Origin: Leucoraja erinacea
Lineage: Eukaryota
Direction: 5' to 3'
NCBI RefSeq assembly: GCF_028641065.1
Contig: NC_073377.1
Location: forward strand, 106,826,001 to 106,890,000
DNA length: 64,000 nucleotides
Part shown: one piece after another, positions 26,525 to 36,892 of the stretch
Layout of the letters: the number at the start of each line of letters is the position of its first letter
How positions within the stretch are numbered: position 1 is the first letter of the stretch
Program-made: the position numbers and the translations under genes
Notes under the pieces: model-generated
Seen by the model: the letters and a program-made list of their open reading frames with translations, nothing else
Told to the model about the DNA's origin: nothing
The model's database searches: none

Positions 26525-27659
26525 GAGAGAGCCTGTATGTGTGAGTCTGTATGTGTGTGTGTGTCGGTGTGCGGGTCTATGTGTCTGTGTGTTTGTGTAT
26601 GTGGGAGTCTTCTTAATCTTCTTAAATGCCACTATTGCATCTGCCTCCATCACATCCCCTGGCAGCGCACTCAAGGCACCCACCACTCTCTGTGCAAAAA
26701 CCATGTCCCGCACATCACATTTAAGTTTTGCCCCTCTCATCTTAAACTTATGCTCTACAATAATTGACATTTCCACCTTGGGAGAAGGTGCTTACTGACA
26801 ACCATATCTCATTATTTTATAGGCACCTTGAGATGAAACAGATATATAAATACAAATCTTTCTTCTTCCTGTACATGCATTGTGCAATTCAAGCTAATGA
26901 ATAACTTAAGTATGGCAGTACAAAAAAATACAATAAACCATCGTAAGTTGGCTGCTTGTGACCCACAGCACATTTTTGTGGATCGAACCTTACAATTAAA
27001 ATGTAAATCTTCTTGCTTAATAAACCTTATTGCACTAAAATGTTATGACCCTGTTGGTAATTTGTTAGGAGTGTTTTGTCACATGTGTAAAGATACATAA
27101 AGTAGCTAAAGATTGATTAATAAACTAAAAATGACCACAAACTAACTAAGTAAGCACTTGCCTGGCTGGCTGGCCCTCCAGCTAACAACAACCTATATTT
27201 CCAGACAATTTTCTACATACCAATATATTCCAAGATACTTCACAGGAGCATTATAAAAAATATATATAAACAGTAAAGAGACAGACAAGGATATATAAAG
27301 GGAGATCAATGAAAGTTTCGATAAAAATAGATTATGAGGAGTCTCAAAAAAAGAAAGCAACTTTGACAGAGAAAGAAACATGGGGAAGGAATTTCAAGGC
27401 ATGATGCCTGTGTAGTTGAAGGTACCATCAACAGTGAAACATATAAAAGTGAGAAAACCGAGACACCTCAGTAGGGCATGTGACTGGAGAAGATTAACGA
27501 GGTAGGGATGGGAGAAGCCAGCCAGGAATTTGAAAGCATGGATTTTAAAAGACGGTTCAGTGGCTGAGAGAATGTGGGGGAGGGGATTCTCCCCAAGGAG
27601 AGATTGTTGAAAGTTGACATATTCTCATGGAATTTTGGAAATTCTGGTGCCGGAAATTT

Positions 27660-27962
27660 CAGGCGGCATGGTGGTGCAGCGGTAGAGTTGCTGCCTTACA
27701 GCGTCAGAGGCCCGGATTCGATCCTGACTATGAGTGTTGTCTGTACAGAGTTTGTACATCCTCACTGTGATCTGCGTGGGTTTATCCTGGGTGCTCCCGT
27801 TTTGTCCCAGATGACTTGCAGGTTTGTAGGCTAATTGGCTTGGTAAAATTCTAAATTAGTGTGTGCAGGACTGTGTTAGTGTGTAGGGATCGCTGGTCAG
27901 CATGCACTCGGTGTGCTGAAGGGCCTGTTTCTGCTCTGTATCTCCAAACTAAACAAAACTAG
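27660..27962 (+). mobile_element. HE1/V-SINE-type SINE
   Basis: GGCGGCATGGTGGTGCAGCGGTAGAG..GGATTCGATCC..GGGCCTGTTTCTGCTCTGTATCTCCAAACTAAAC. Confidence 0.85.
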
Positions 27963-29574
27963 AGGAGGTGCACATGAATTATCTGGAAAGTGTTGCTGGG
28001 TCCCTGGAGGATGCGAATGAGGCAGTGTAGCCCTAATCTTACTCTGACAATGGAATACTGCAGGCAATCACTTGATCAACTATTGACTTGTTTTGTAATG
28101 GTATATTTTTGCACTGAAGTCTTGTTTCCCCGCTGTATCTCTAAACTAATTTAATTTCAGTAACATGTGCTTTCAAACAAACATCCTTAATGGGATTTAC
28201 AAGATAAAGGCACCTTCCTAATGCTGCAGAACATTGAATCAATGATTTTAGCCATGGGACAGACAACTCAGATGAGGATCAATTCATTTATTCAGAGAAT
28301 TGTAAATCATTGGAATTCCACATCCCACGGAGTTCTCAGTTGTTTGGTTTATTCAAAGCTGAGAATTAGAGATATTTGAAATCGAAGGATGTCAAGGGAT
28401 GTGGGGATCACATGGAAAAGTCGACTTGATGTATAGGATTTACCATAATCTAATGGAATGGCACAACAGGCTCAATTATAGCCCTCTCTTACTTACAATT
28501 CCTATGTTCTTAACCATTAGCAATTTCAGCTAATGTGAAAGCCAGAGGGGAACTGATGTTGGATTATAGTTGAGTGAGCAAGACTTGTGTGGAATGGGTG
28601 AAACAAGTTTGAAGATAGCATGAGGGGAAGCAATAGATAAAGTAGAAAATGATGCAAGCTCAGGGCTAGAGCAGTGAATTAAAACTAGTTCCAGCAATAC
28701 ATATCTTGATCTTGTTACAACTTAGTCTAGGGCTATCACTTTTTTGCAGAGTCGTTTCTACTCTTGATAATTTATGCCCAGGAAAACATTGCAATATCTG
28801 CTTTAAAGCAAAATAAAATGTATCACTCACTGATGTAGGACGTTCTGAAAAGTATAAGAAAAATTTGAAATATGTTTAACCCAAGAACTTACATACCAGG
28901 GAAGAATGATGGGAAAATAGTCCAACATAGTAAAGAGAACTTAAGGATCATGTTAGAAGAGACAATAAATAGATTTAGAAAGTGTTTAGATTCTAAAGTA
29001 TAGCATGAAGTAAAAACAAATATTTGAGGTTGTAAACCAGGCTGAGGGCAATAAAAATGATCAAGAAATAAGGGTATATTTTATTACACCCATTTGTTAG
29101 ACAAATGGGAGTATGGTTTTTCTCGGTGGTGGGAAAATAGAAGTTTAAAGATAACTCTGGGGAAAAAAACAAGGATGAAAGGCGACAGACATTGATCAAT
29201 GATGAATTATTTCAAAAGTGTACAATTCACATGTAATCATTGATTTCGAGAATTTAAAATGGTGTGGGTGCTTTGAATCATTGAAACACTTTGGGTTCTC
29301 TCAGAGTGTTTCCCTGTGCATATTATTATTACCTTGAATTAATCGACTTGTTTGAAAACCATGTTCTTAGTGTCTGTTCTGACCTGAGCCGTAATTAAGA
29401 AGTCAATTGTGACCCAAGTGAAAGCCAAATTCAGGGTATTGGTAAAACACAAAATTTCCTCCAACACTCACAAAGAACAACAGCGTATGTGACACTGATG
29501 ACTATATACAGTATATGCAGTACATGGGAGTGATTTTCTGCTTGATGTCAACTGAACAAATCAACTTTCCTATA

Positions 29575-29706
29575 GTGTAGGAAGGAACTGCAGATGCTGG
29601 TTTAAACCTAAGATAGACACAAAAAGCTGGAGTAACTGAGCGGGGCAGGCAGCATCTCTGGAAAGAAGGAATAGGTGATGTTTCGGGTCGAGACCTTTCT
29701 TCAGAT
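29575..29706 (-). mobile_element. Penelope terminal fragment with hammerhead-like core
   Basis: Reverse complement reads CTGAAGAAAGGTCTCGACCCGAAACATCACC followed by the standard tail. Confidence 0.75.
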
Positions 29707-30189
29707 CTTTCACTATAATTCACTATGTGTCACTGAGTCATACTTTCCTATAGGATTGACAGCTCAGGCTCCACAGCAGATTTCTCTCAATTTTTTACTG
29801 ATTCTTAGACCTGGGAAAACCAACAAAAGAACAATGTTTATTGAAAATTTAAAAAAACACATGAATAGAAAACAAACAAATCTGGAAAACGTCTTCAGTA
29901 CCTGAAGAAGGAGAAGGAATTAACATTTCAGGAGGAAAACCCTTTATGTAAACTGAGAAAAAGAGACAACATGTTAGTCCAAGGAGTAGAGAAGGTGGGG
30001 GTGGGCAGTGCGTGGAACAAAGAGAATGTTTATCACAGGGTGAAATAACGTAGTCATTACATGGGCAGTTAATCTCCTGGATGTAATGTGTTGCTGGCAA
30101 TTACATGCTCAGCAGACCAAATGAAAGGGAAAAAAAACGAGCAGCAACAAAAATCCTGAAACAAATGCGAAGAAATAGTACATTATCTA

Positions 30190-31845
30190 AGAATACTGAT
30201 GTGCCTTCCTGAACCCCTATTAGCTGTAATGGTATATCAGTCTGAGTCACAGAGGCTGACGTCAGGAAATCCTTCAGAGGGGTGAACCCCCGAAAAGCAC
30301 CTGGACCTGATGGTATACCCGGTCGTGTTCTAAAAACCTATGCGGACCAACTGGCAGGAGTTTTTACGGACATTTTCAACCTCTCCCTTCTGAGGTCTGA
30401 GGTCCCCATCTGCTTTAAAAGGGCATCAATTATACCAGTGCCCAAGAAGAGTAAGGTGTCATGCCTCAATGACTATCGACCAGTGGCACTAATGCTGGTA
30501 GTGATGAAGTGCTTTGAGAGGTTGATCATGGAGCAAATCAACTCCTACCTCGACAAAAACCTGGACCCACTGCAGTTCGCATACCGCCACAACAGATCGA
30601 CGGTGGATGCGATCTCGCTGGCCCTCCACTCAGCTCTGGACCACTTGGACAACAAAAACTCGTATGTCAGGCTGTTATTCATTGATTACAGCTCGGCATT
30701 TAACACAATCATCCCCTCCAAGCTGGTTACCAAACTCGTAGAACTGGGTCTCTGCGCATCCCTCTGCAATTGGATCCTCGACTTCCTCATTCACAGACCA
30801 CAGTCGGTTCGTATTGGTGGAAATGTGTCAGCCTCGATAACAATCAGCACAGGAGCACCTCAAGGCTGCTTGCTCAGTCCCCTGCTGTACTTACTCTATA
30901 CTCATGACTGTGTAGCCAGTCACAGTGCGAACTCCATCATCAAGTTCGCTGACGACACCACTGTGGTGGGACGTATCACTGATGGGCATGAGTCAGAGTA
31001 TAGAAGAGAGATCGAGCAACTGTCCATATGGTGCCAGCGCAATAACCTGGCCCTCAACACCAGCAAAACTAAGGAACTGATTGTGGACTTTGGAAGGAGT
31101 AGGAGGGGGACCCACAGCCCCATTTATATCAACGTGTCGATGGTTGAAAGGGTCAAGAGCTTCAAATTCTTGGGCGTGCATATCTCTGAAGATCTTTCCT
31201 GGTCTGAGAATACTGATGCAATTATCAAGAAAGCTCATCAGCGCCTCTACTTCCTGAGAAGATTACGGAGAGTCGGTTTGTCAAGGAGGACTCTCTCTAA
31301 CTTCTACAGGTGCACAGTAGAGAGTATGCTGACCGGTTGCATCGTGGCTTGGTTTGGCAACTTGAGCGCCCTGGAGGGGAAAAGACTTCAGAAAGTAGTA
31401 AACGCTGCCCAGTCCATCATCAGCTCTGACCTTCCTTCCATCGAGGGGATTTATCGCAGTCGCTTCTTCAAAAAGGCTGGCAGTATCATCAAAGACCCAT
31501 ACCATCCTGGCCACACACTCATCTCCCTGCTACCTTCAGGTAGAAGGTACAGGAGCCTGAAGACTGCAACAACCAGGTTCAGGAATAGCTACTTCCCCAC
31601 AGCCATCGGGCTATTAAACTTGGCTCGGACAAAACTGATTATTAATAACCCATTATCTGTTATTTGCACTTTATCAGTTTATTTATTCATGTGTGTATAT
31701 ATTTATATTATGGTATATGGACACGCTTATCTGTTTTGTAGTAAATGCCTACTATGTTCTGTGTGCTGAAGCAAAGCAAACATTTAATTGTCCTATACAG
31801 GGACACATGACAATAAACTCTCTTGAACTTGAACTTGAACTTGAT
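30190..31845 (+). mobile_element. Young 5'-truncated Rex1/Babar LINE with an uninterrupted RT ORF (30282-31769)
   Basis: [53 protein letters not shown] motifs; 3' stem-loop, TGACAATAAA and (CTTGAA)n tail. Confidence 0.92.
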
Positions 31846-31879
31846 CTAAAGATAGAGAATTACATTTTCAGTCCTGCAG

Positions 31880-32190
31880 GTTTAGTTTAGTTTAGCTTTA
31901 TTTTAGAGATACAGCGCGGAAACGCCCTTTGGCCCACCGGGTCCGCGCCGACCAGCCATCCCCACACATTAACACCACCCTACACCCACTTTTACATTGA
32001 GCAAGCCAATTAACCTACAAACCTGTACGTCTGGGAGTATTGGAGGAAACCAAAGATCTTGGGGAAAACCAGCGCAGGTCATGGGGAGAATGTACAAACT
32101 CTGTACAGACAGCTCCCGTAGTCGGGATCGAACCCGGGTCTCTGGCGCTGCATTCACTGTAAGGCAGCAACTCTACCGCTGAGCCACCGT
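31880..32190 (-). mobile_element. HE1/V-SINE-type SINE
   Basis: A/B-box tRNA head at 32190-32120; (TTTAG)n tail. Confidence 0.85.
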
Positions 32191-33754
32191 TACAAACATG
32201 CCGAGATGAAAAATGAGAGTTGTTGCCTGTTCTGACTGTGCAGGACAGAGATAGATAGGTCAGAGTGGAAATGGGTCAATTAAAACAACAGGAAACTGGA
32301 AGCTCAAGGTCACCACTGTAGATGGAGCACAGTTCCAACTCTTGTATTCAATGTGTGTGCCATATGTCTTCTTTACCACCTTGACCGTAACTGCACTTTC
32401 AGAGACCTTTCTTGTTACCAAAATTAACCTGGACTCATGCCAATCTCTCGCACCATTCCCCTTAACAAACAAGTACACTCTTTTGGATGCTGTTGGGGTA
32501 GAGGGATGGGGATTGGGAAATTACTGTCAGAGAAGACCAGCAGCAGCAGGCAAGTCTATGGCACCAACTTTTTTAACCACACACTTACCTGCATTAAACT
32601 CCATTAGCCACTCTTCAGAACACTTGCCCAGCGGGTCAAGATTCTGCTGTCATTGTTAATAACCATCTTCAATGTCTACGATACTACCTGCATTATTGTC
32701 AACAGTGAAGAAAATCAGGATGGCAAAAATAAGGCACGAGGTTGCTCTGGCAAAATGAGAATGCAGAGAGATTTGATAAGTATATTAAGGGAAAAGAAAG
32801 AGAGAATGAGGCCCCTCAGAAACCAACATGGTCATCATGTACGGGACACAGAAGATGGGTAAGGTCCTCAATGAATATGTCTCCTCTGTTTTTACTGTGG
32901 AGAATGACATGAATACAGGTGGTGTCTATACGGAGTTTGTACGTTCTCCATGTGACTGTGGGTTTTTTCCAGGTGCTCTGGTTTCCTCCCACATTCCAAA
33001 GATGTACAGTTTGAAGGTTAATTGGCTTTGGTAGGTTGTAAATTTTTTCCTAGTGTGTAGGATAGTTTTAGCATTTGGTGTGTTTGCTGGTTGCCACAGA
33101 CTCGGTGGGCTGAAGGGCCCCTTTCCACGCTGTATCTAAAGTGTCTTCAGGACAGTCTGTATCACGGTCAAGGAGTTGCTGAATGTCTGAAGACATATGA
33201 AGATCAATAATTCTCCTGGGTCTGATCAGATATATCTAAGAACACTGTGGGAAGCTAAAGAAGGAAATGCAGGAATCATGGCTGAGATATATAAATCATC
33301 ATTGTACACGAGTGAGGCTCCAGAAGACTGTAAAGAGGCTCTATTTGAGAATGGCTGCAAAGATGCAGCGTGCAGCAGCTCAGGTTAGTTTAGTTTAGTT
33401 TGGTTTTGTTTACATCACGTGTTCCAAGGTACAGTGAAAAACGCTTGTTGCGTGCTAACCAGTCAGCGGAAAGACTAAATATGATTCCAATTGAGCCATC
33501 CACAATGTACAGATACATGATGAAGGGAATAATGTTTACTACAAGATAAAGTCCAGTTGAGTTCAATTAAGATAATCTGAGATTCTCCAGCGAGGTAGAT
33601 AGTAGCTCAGGCCCACTCTCTAGTTGTTGAGAGGTTGGTTCAGTTGCCTGATAACAGCTGGGAAGATACTGTCTGGATCTGGAGGTGCGTTTTCACACTT
33701 CTTGCCTAATGGAGAGGGGGGGAAGAGGGAGTGACCCGGGTGAAACCTGTCCTT

Positions 33755-33889
33755 CTTCTTCTTCTTGTGAATGGCATGCACAGCCTAAAGTTGTAGATCA
33801 ACTTGTTCTATTTGATCTTGTTCATGCATGTCGGGTTGATTGCATTAGTCGAAACAGTGGACCATGTGAAAGTTGCAATCTCCCACCCC
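33755..33889 (-). mobile_element. Short non-autonomous retroposon with HDV-like ribozyme head and (AAG)n tail, copy 1
   Basis: Imperfect TSD AAACCTGTCCTT (33743-33754) and AGACCCGTCCTT (33890-33901); homologous to 36764-36892. Confidence 0.8.
33838..33889 (-). ncRNA. Putative minimal HDV-like ribozyme (degenerate copy)
   Basis: GGGGUGG-GA-GAUUGCA-ACU-UUCACAU-GGU-CCACU-G-UUUCGA-CUAA-UGCAAUC follows the P1/P2/P3/L3/P3'/P1'/J4-2/P2' order of a nested double pseudoknot; P1' lacks 2 nt. Confidence 0.7.
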
Positions 33890-33969
33890 AGACCCGTCCT
33901 TGATTATGCTGGTGACCTTGCCGAGGCAGCGTGAAGTGTAAATGAAAGGGAGGTTGGTTTGTGTGATGG

Positions 33970-34137
33970 CATCCCTGGAAAGAAGGAATGGGTGACATTT
34001 TAGGCAGAGACCCTTCTTCAGACCCGAAACATCACCTATTCCTTCTCTCCAGAGATGCTGCCTGTCCCGCTGAGTTACTCCAGCATTTTGTGTCTACCTT
34101 CGATTTAAACCAGCATCTGCAGTTCTTCCTTGCACAT
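33970..34137. mobile_element. Fold-back Penelope terminal fragment
   Basis: Inverted pair centred near 34020; flanked by duplicated GTTTGTGT(GATGG). Confidence 0.75.
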
Positions 34138-34146
34138 TAGTTTGTG

Positions 34147-34968
34147 TCAAGTCAAGTTACATTTATTTATATAGCACATTTAAAAAACAACTCTCGTTGG
34201 CCAAAGTGCTTTACATTTGTTATAAGAATAGCATAACAAAACAAGCTACATACATATATACATGTAGCCCTCACTCAGAGGACGTCAGGAAAGGCTTGGG
34301 AGTATAGATAAGTCTTTAGTCTTGACTTAAAAGAGTCGATGGAGGGGGCAGTTCTGATGGGAAGGGGATGCTGTTCCACAGTCTAGGAGCTGCAACCGCA
34401 AAGGCGCGGTCACCCCTGAGCTTATGCCTAGACCGCGGGATATTCAGCAGCCCCAAGTCGGCCGATCTGAGGGGCCTGGAGGTGGAGTGGTGGGTGAGAA
34501 GACTTTTTATGTAGGTGGGGGCAAGCCCATTGAGGGCTTTGTAGACATGGAGGAGGATCTTGAAGTTTATATGGAACCGCACAGGGAGCCAGTGGAGAGA
34601 GGCCTGGATTGGGGTGATGTGGTCCCTTTTTCGGGTGCCCGTCAGGAGCCTCGCTGCAGCGTTTTGGACCAGTTGCTGGCGGGACAGGGAAGATTGGCTG
34701 ATGCCAGTGTAAATGGAGTTGCAGTAATCTAGGTGGGAGGAGATGAATGTGTGGATGATCTTTTCCAGGTTATCAAACTGGAGGATTTTTATTTTAGCTA
34801 TCACCCGAAGCTGAAAGAAGCTAGCTTTTACCACGGCATTGACTTGTTTGTCAAATTTCAGTGCCGAGTCAAATATCACGCCAAGGTTTTTGACGTGAGG
34901 TTTGAGAAGTGGGTAAGGCTTCCAAGGCTGCCTGCTATCATTTTGATTGAGTCCGAAGGGCCGAAATT
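34147..34968 (-). mobile_element. L2-clade LINE, 5'-truncated
   Basis: SHLDYCNS..LVQNAAARLLTG..HITPI.ASLHWLPV..GDRAFAVAAPRLWNS; 3' end GTGCTATATAAATAAAT with a short (ACTTG)n tail; TSD GTTTGTGT. Confidence 0.9.
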
Positions 34969-35473
34969 GTTTGTGTGATGGTCTGGGCTGCGTCCACAAT
35001 TCTCTGCAATTTCTTGCGGTCTTGGATGGAGACGTATCTCACAAGAGTGTTTAAATGCAGAAATTCACACAACAATCTGTGGTAGATTTTGTAATTATAA
35101 TTGACAAATAATCCATGATCCAAATAATCAACATCATAAATGCCACTTTGCAGTAAAAATATTATTTTAATAAATGCTGTGTAACTAAGTCACAGGTCAA
35201 GTGGCAACGGTGGAAAGAGAAACAGAGTTTATGTCTTATGTCAATCTTCTGAATGCAAAATCTGTGCCAATGTTACTCTTTGTATGTATAGATAAATTTC
35301 AATTACATTTGGTACAATTAGAAAATGATTTTGACAGCCCTGGCCGTTGCTTGGTAAATTATACGACAGCTATGTAAGATGACTCTGTGGATGATTAAAT
35401 ACCTAAACTTGCTATTGACTAGCTGCCACTTCTTTTCTTTAAAATCCAGACAATCCAAACCTTGTAATCTGCA

Positions 35474-35781
35474 CAAGAAGGAACTGCAGATGCTGGAAGA
35501 TCGAAGGTACACAAAAATGCTGGAGAAACTCAGCTTGCGTCCGGATGGCATGAACGTTGAATTCTCCCAATTTTGCTAGCCTTTGCTGTCTCCTCCCCTT
35601 CCTTAACCCTCGAGCTGTCTCCTCCCATCCCCCCGCCCTCGGGCTCCTCCTCCTCCCTTTTTTCCTTCCTTCTCTCCCCCACCCCCCATCAGTCTGAAGA
35701 AGGGTTACAGCCCTTTGTCGCCTATTTCCTTCGCTCCATAGATGCTGCTGCACCCGCTGAGTTTCTCCAGCATTTTTGTGT
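35474..35781. mobile_element. Fold-back Penelope fragment
   Basis: Minus tail followed by plus 3' region; 15-bp TSD ACCTTGTAATCTGCA at 35459-35473 and 35782-35796. Confidence 0.8.
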
Positions 35782-35997
35782 ACCTTGTAATCTGCATCTA
35801 CTTTTGTATTTATGCATTATATACACTCTTCCATCCATTGACAGGTTATTCTAATCAATAAAATACAATGTTTTTCAATGAACAAAGTTACATTTTTTCT
35901 GAAGATTTTCATTTCAACATCAATCTAGTTTTTAAGTCCATCCACCAATTAAGAATGTAATCAGGATAGCCAAATAAAGGAATCTGCGATATCTCCG

Positions 35998-36130
35998 TTA
36001 GACACAAAATGCTGGAGTAACTCAACGGGACAGGCAGCATCTCTGGACCTGAAACGTCACCCATTCCTTCTATTCAGAGATGCTGCCTGTCCTGCTGAGT
36101 TTATCCAAAATCTGCATTTCCTTGCTATAC
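35998..36130. mobile_element. Short fold-back Penelope fragment
   Basis: ACTCAACGGGACAGGCAGCATCTCTG and CAGAGATGCTGCCTGTCCTGCTGAGT are inverted copies. Confidence 0.7.
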
Positions 36131-36763
36131 CGTATCAGTTTGTAAGTTTGTAACTTGCCTATTTTAACCAATTTAGATTTGCCAACTGTCCAAATTCATT
36201 ACAAAAAATATCCACTGGAAGGAATTGCTGTACTGCAGTGTTACATCCCTGGATTTTAATTTCTGTGTTAAAATGGAATCCTGGCATTAACAACAACACA
36301 ACCAACTTAATGATGGTGCTGAGGTGGTGAAGGTGGTGGAGCAGGTGTTAGGATGGTTTCATTCACACTGCAATCCTGTGCTGCTGTGCTAATGGCTAAA
36401 TTCCAGCATGGTAAAGATATCCGCAAGAGAGGTCAAGACTCAATTTAAGAAGCAAAACTGTGGCCTGATTGCATGTCATTCTCCTGATGGCTGACAGAAC
36501 ATTAGGGACAGGCAACTCTGGTTAATGTCATTTTTAATTCCTCACATTGGCTGAGTGTCAGTGTTGGAACAAATTAATTACTTCTAGGCAATAATCTGCC
36601 ATAATCACAAGTTCTGCATTTTACTTATATTCTCTCAATATTATAGCCTTAAATGTCCCACATCAAGAAACTGAAAGATTTTGAATGTTTCTTGGCAAAT
36701 AATTAAAAGATGCCAATGAATACATTTTCTCCAAAACCGAGGCACTAATTCAGTACTGCACAA

Positions 36764-36892
36764 GGGTGGGAGCTTGCAACCTTCACCCTGTTTTGACTAA
36801 TGCAATCAACCCGACGTGCACAAGCAAATAGATGTCGTTTTTCATGCCACTTGATCTACAACTTTAGGCTGTGCACACCATACCTAAGAAGA
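36764..36892 (+). mobile_element. Short non-autonomous retroposon with HDV-like ribozyme head and (AAG)n tail, copy 2
   Basis: TSD AGTACTGCACAA (36752-36763) and AGTACTGTACAA (36893-36904); head GGGTGGGAGCTTGCAACCTTCACCCTGTTTTGACTAATGCAATC; tail TTGATCTACAACTTTAGGCTGTGCA..AAGAAGAAG. Confidence 0.8.

Larger units (their letters stand above)
33385..35030 (-). mobile_element. Rex1-type 3' fragment hosting three nested insertions (mini-retroposon, fold-back Penelope, L2)
   Basis: Tail (TTTAG)n at 33385; the host resumes GTTTGTGTGATGGTCTGGGCTGCGTCC at ~34969 (RKKLQRIVDAAQTITQT). Confidence 0.75.

Noticed and set aside
26210-26798. ORFs spanning the N run
   Set aside because: Artefacts of the assembly gap and microsatellite.
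27660-27735. tRNA gene-like A/B boxes
   Set aside because: These are SINE heads continuing into the V-type core and LINE-like tail; no full cloverleaf.
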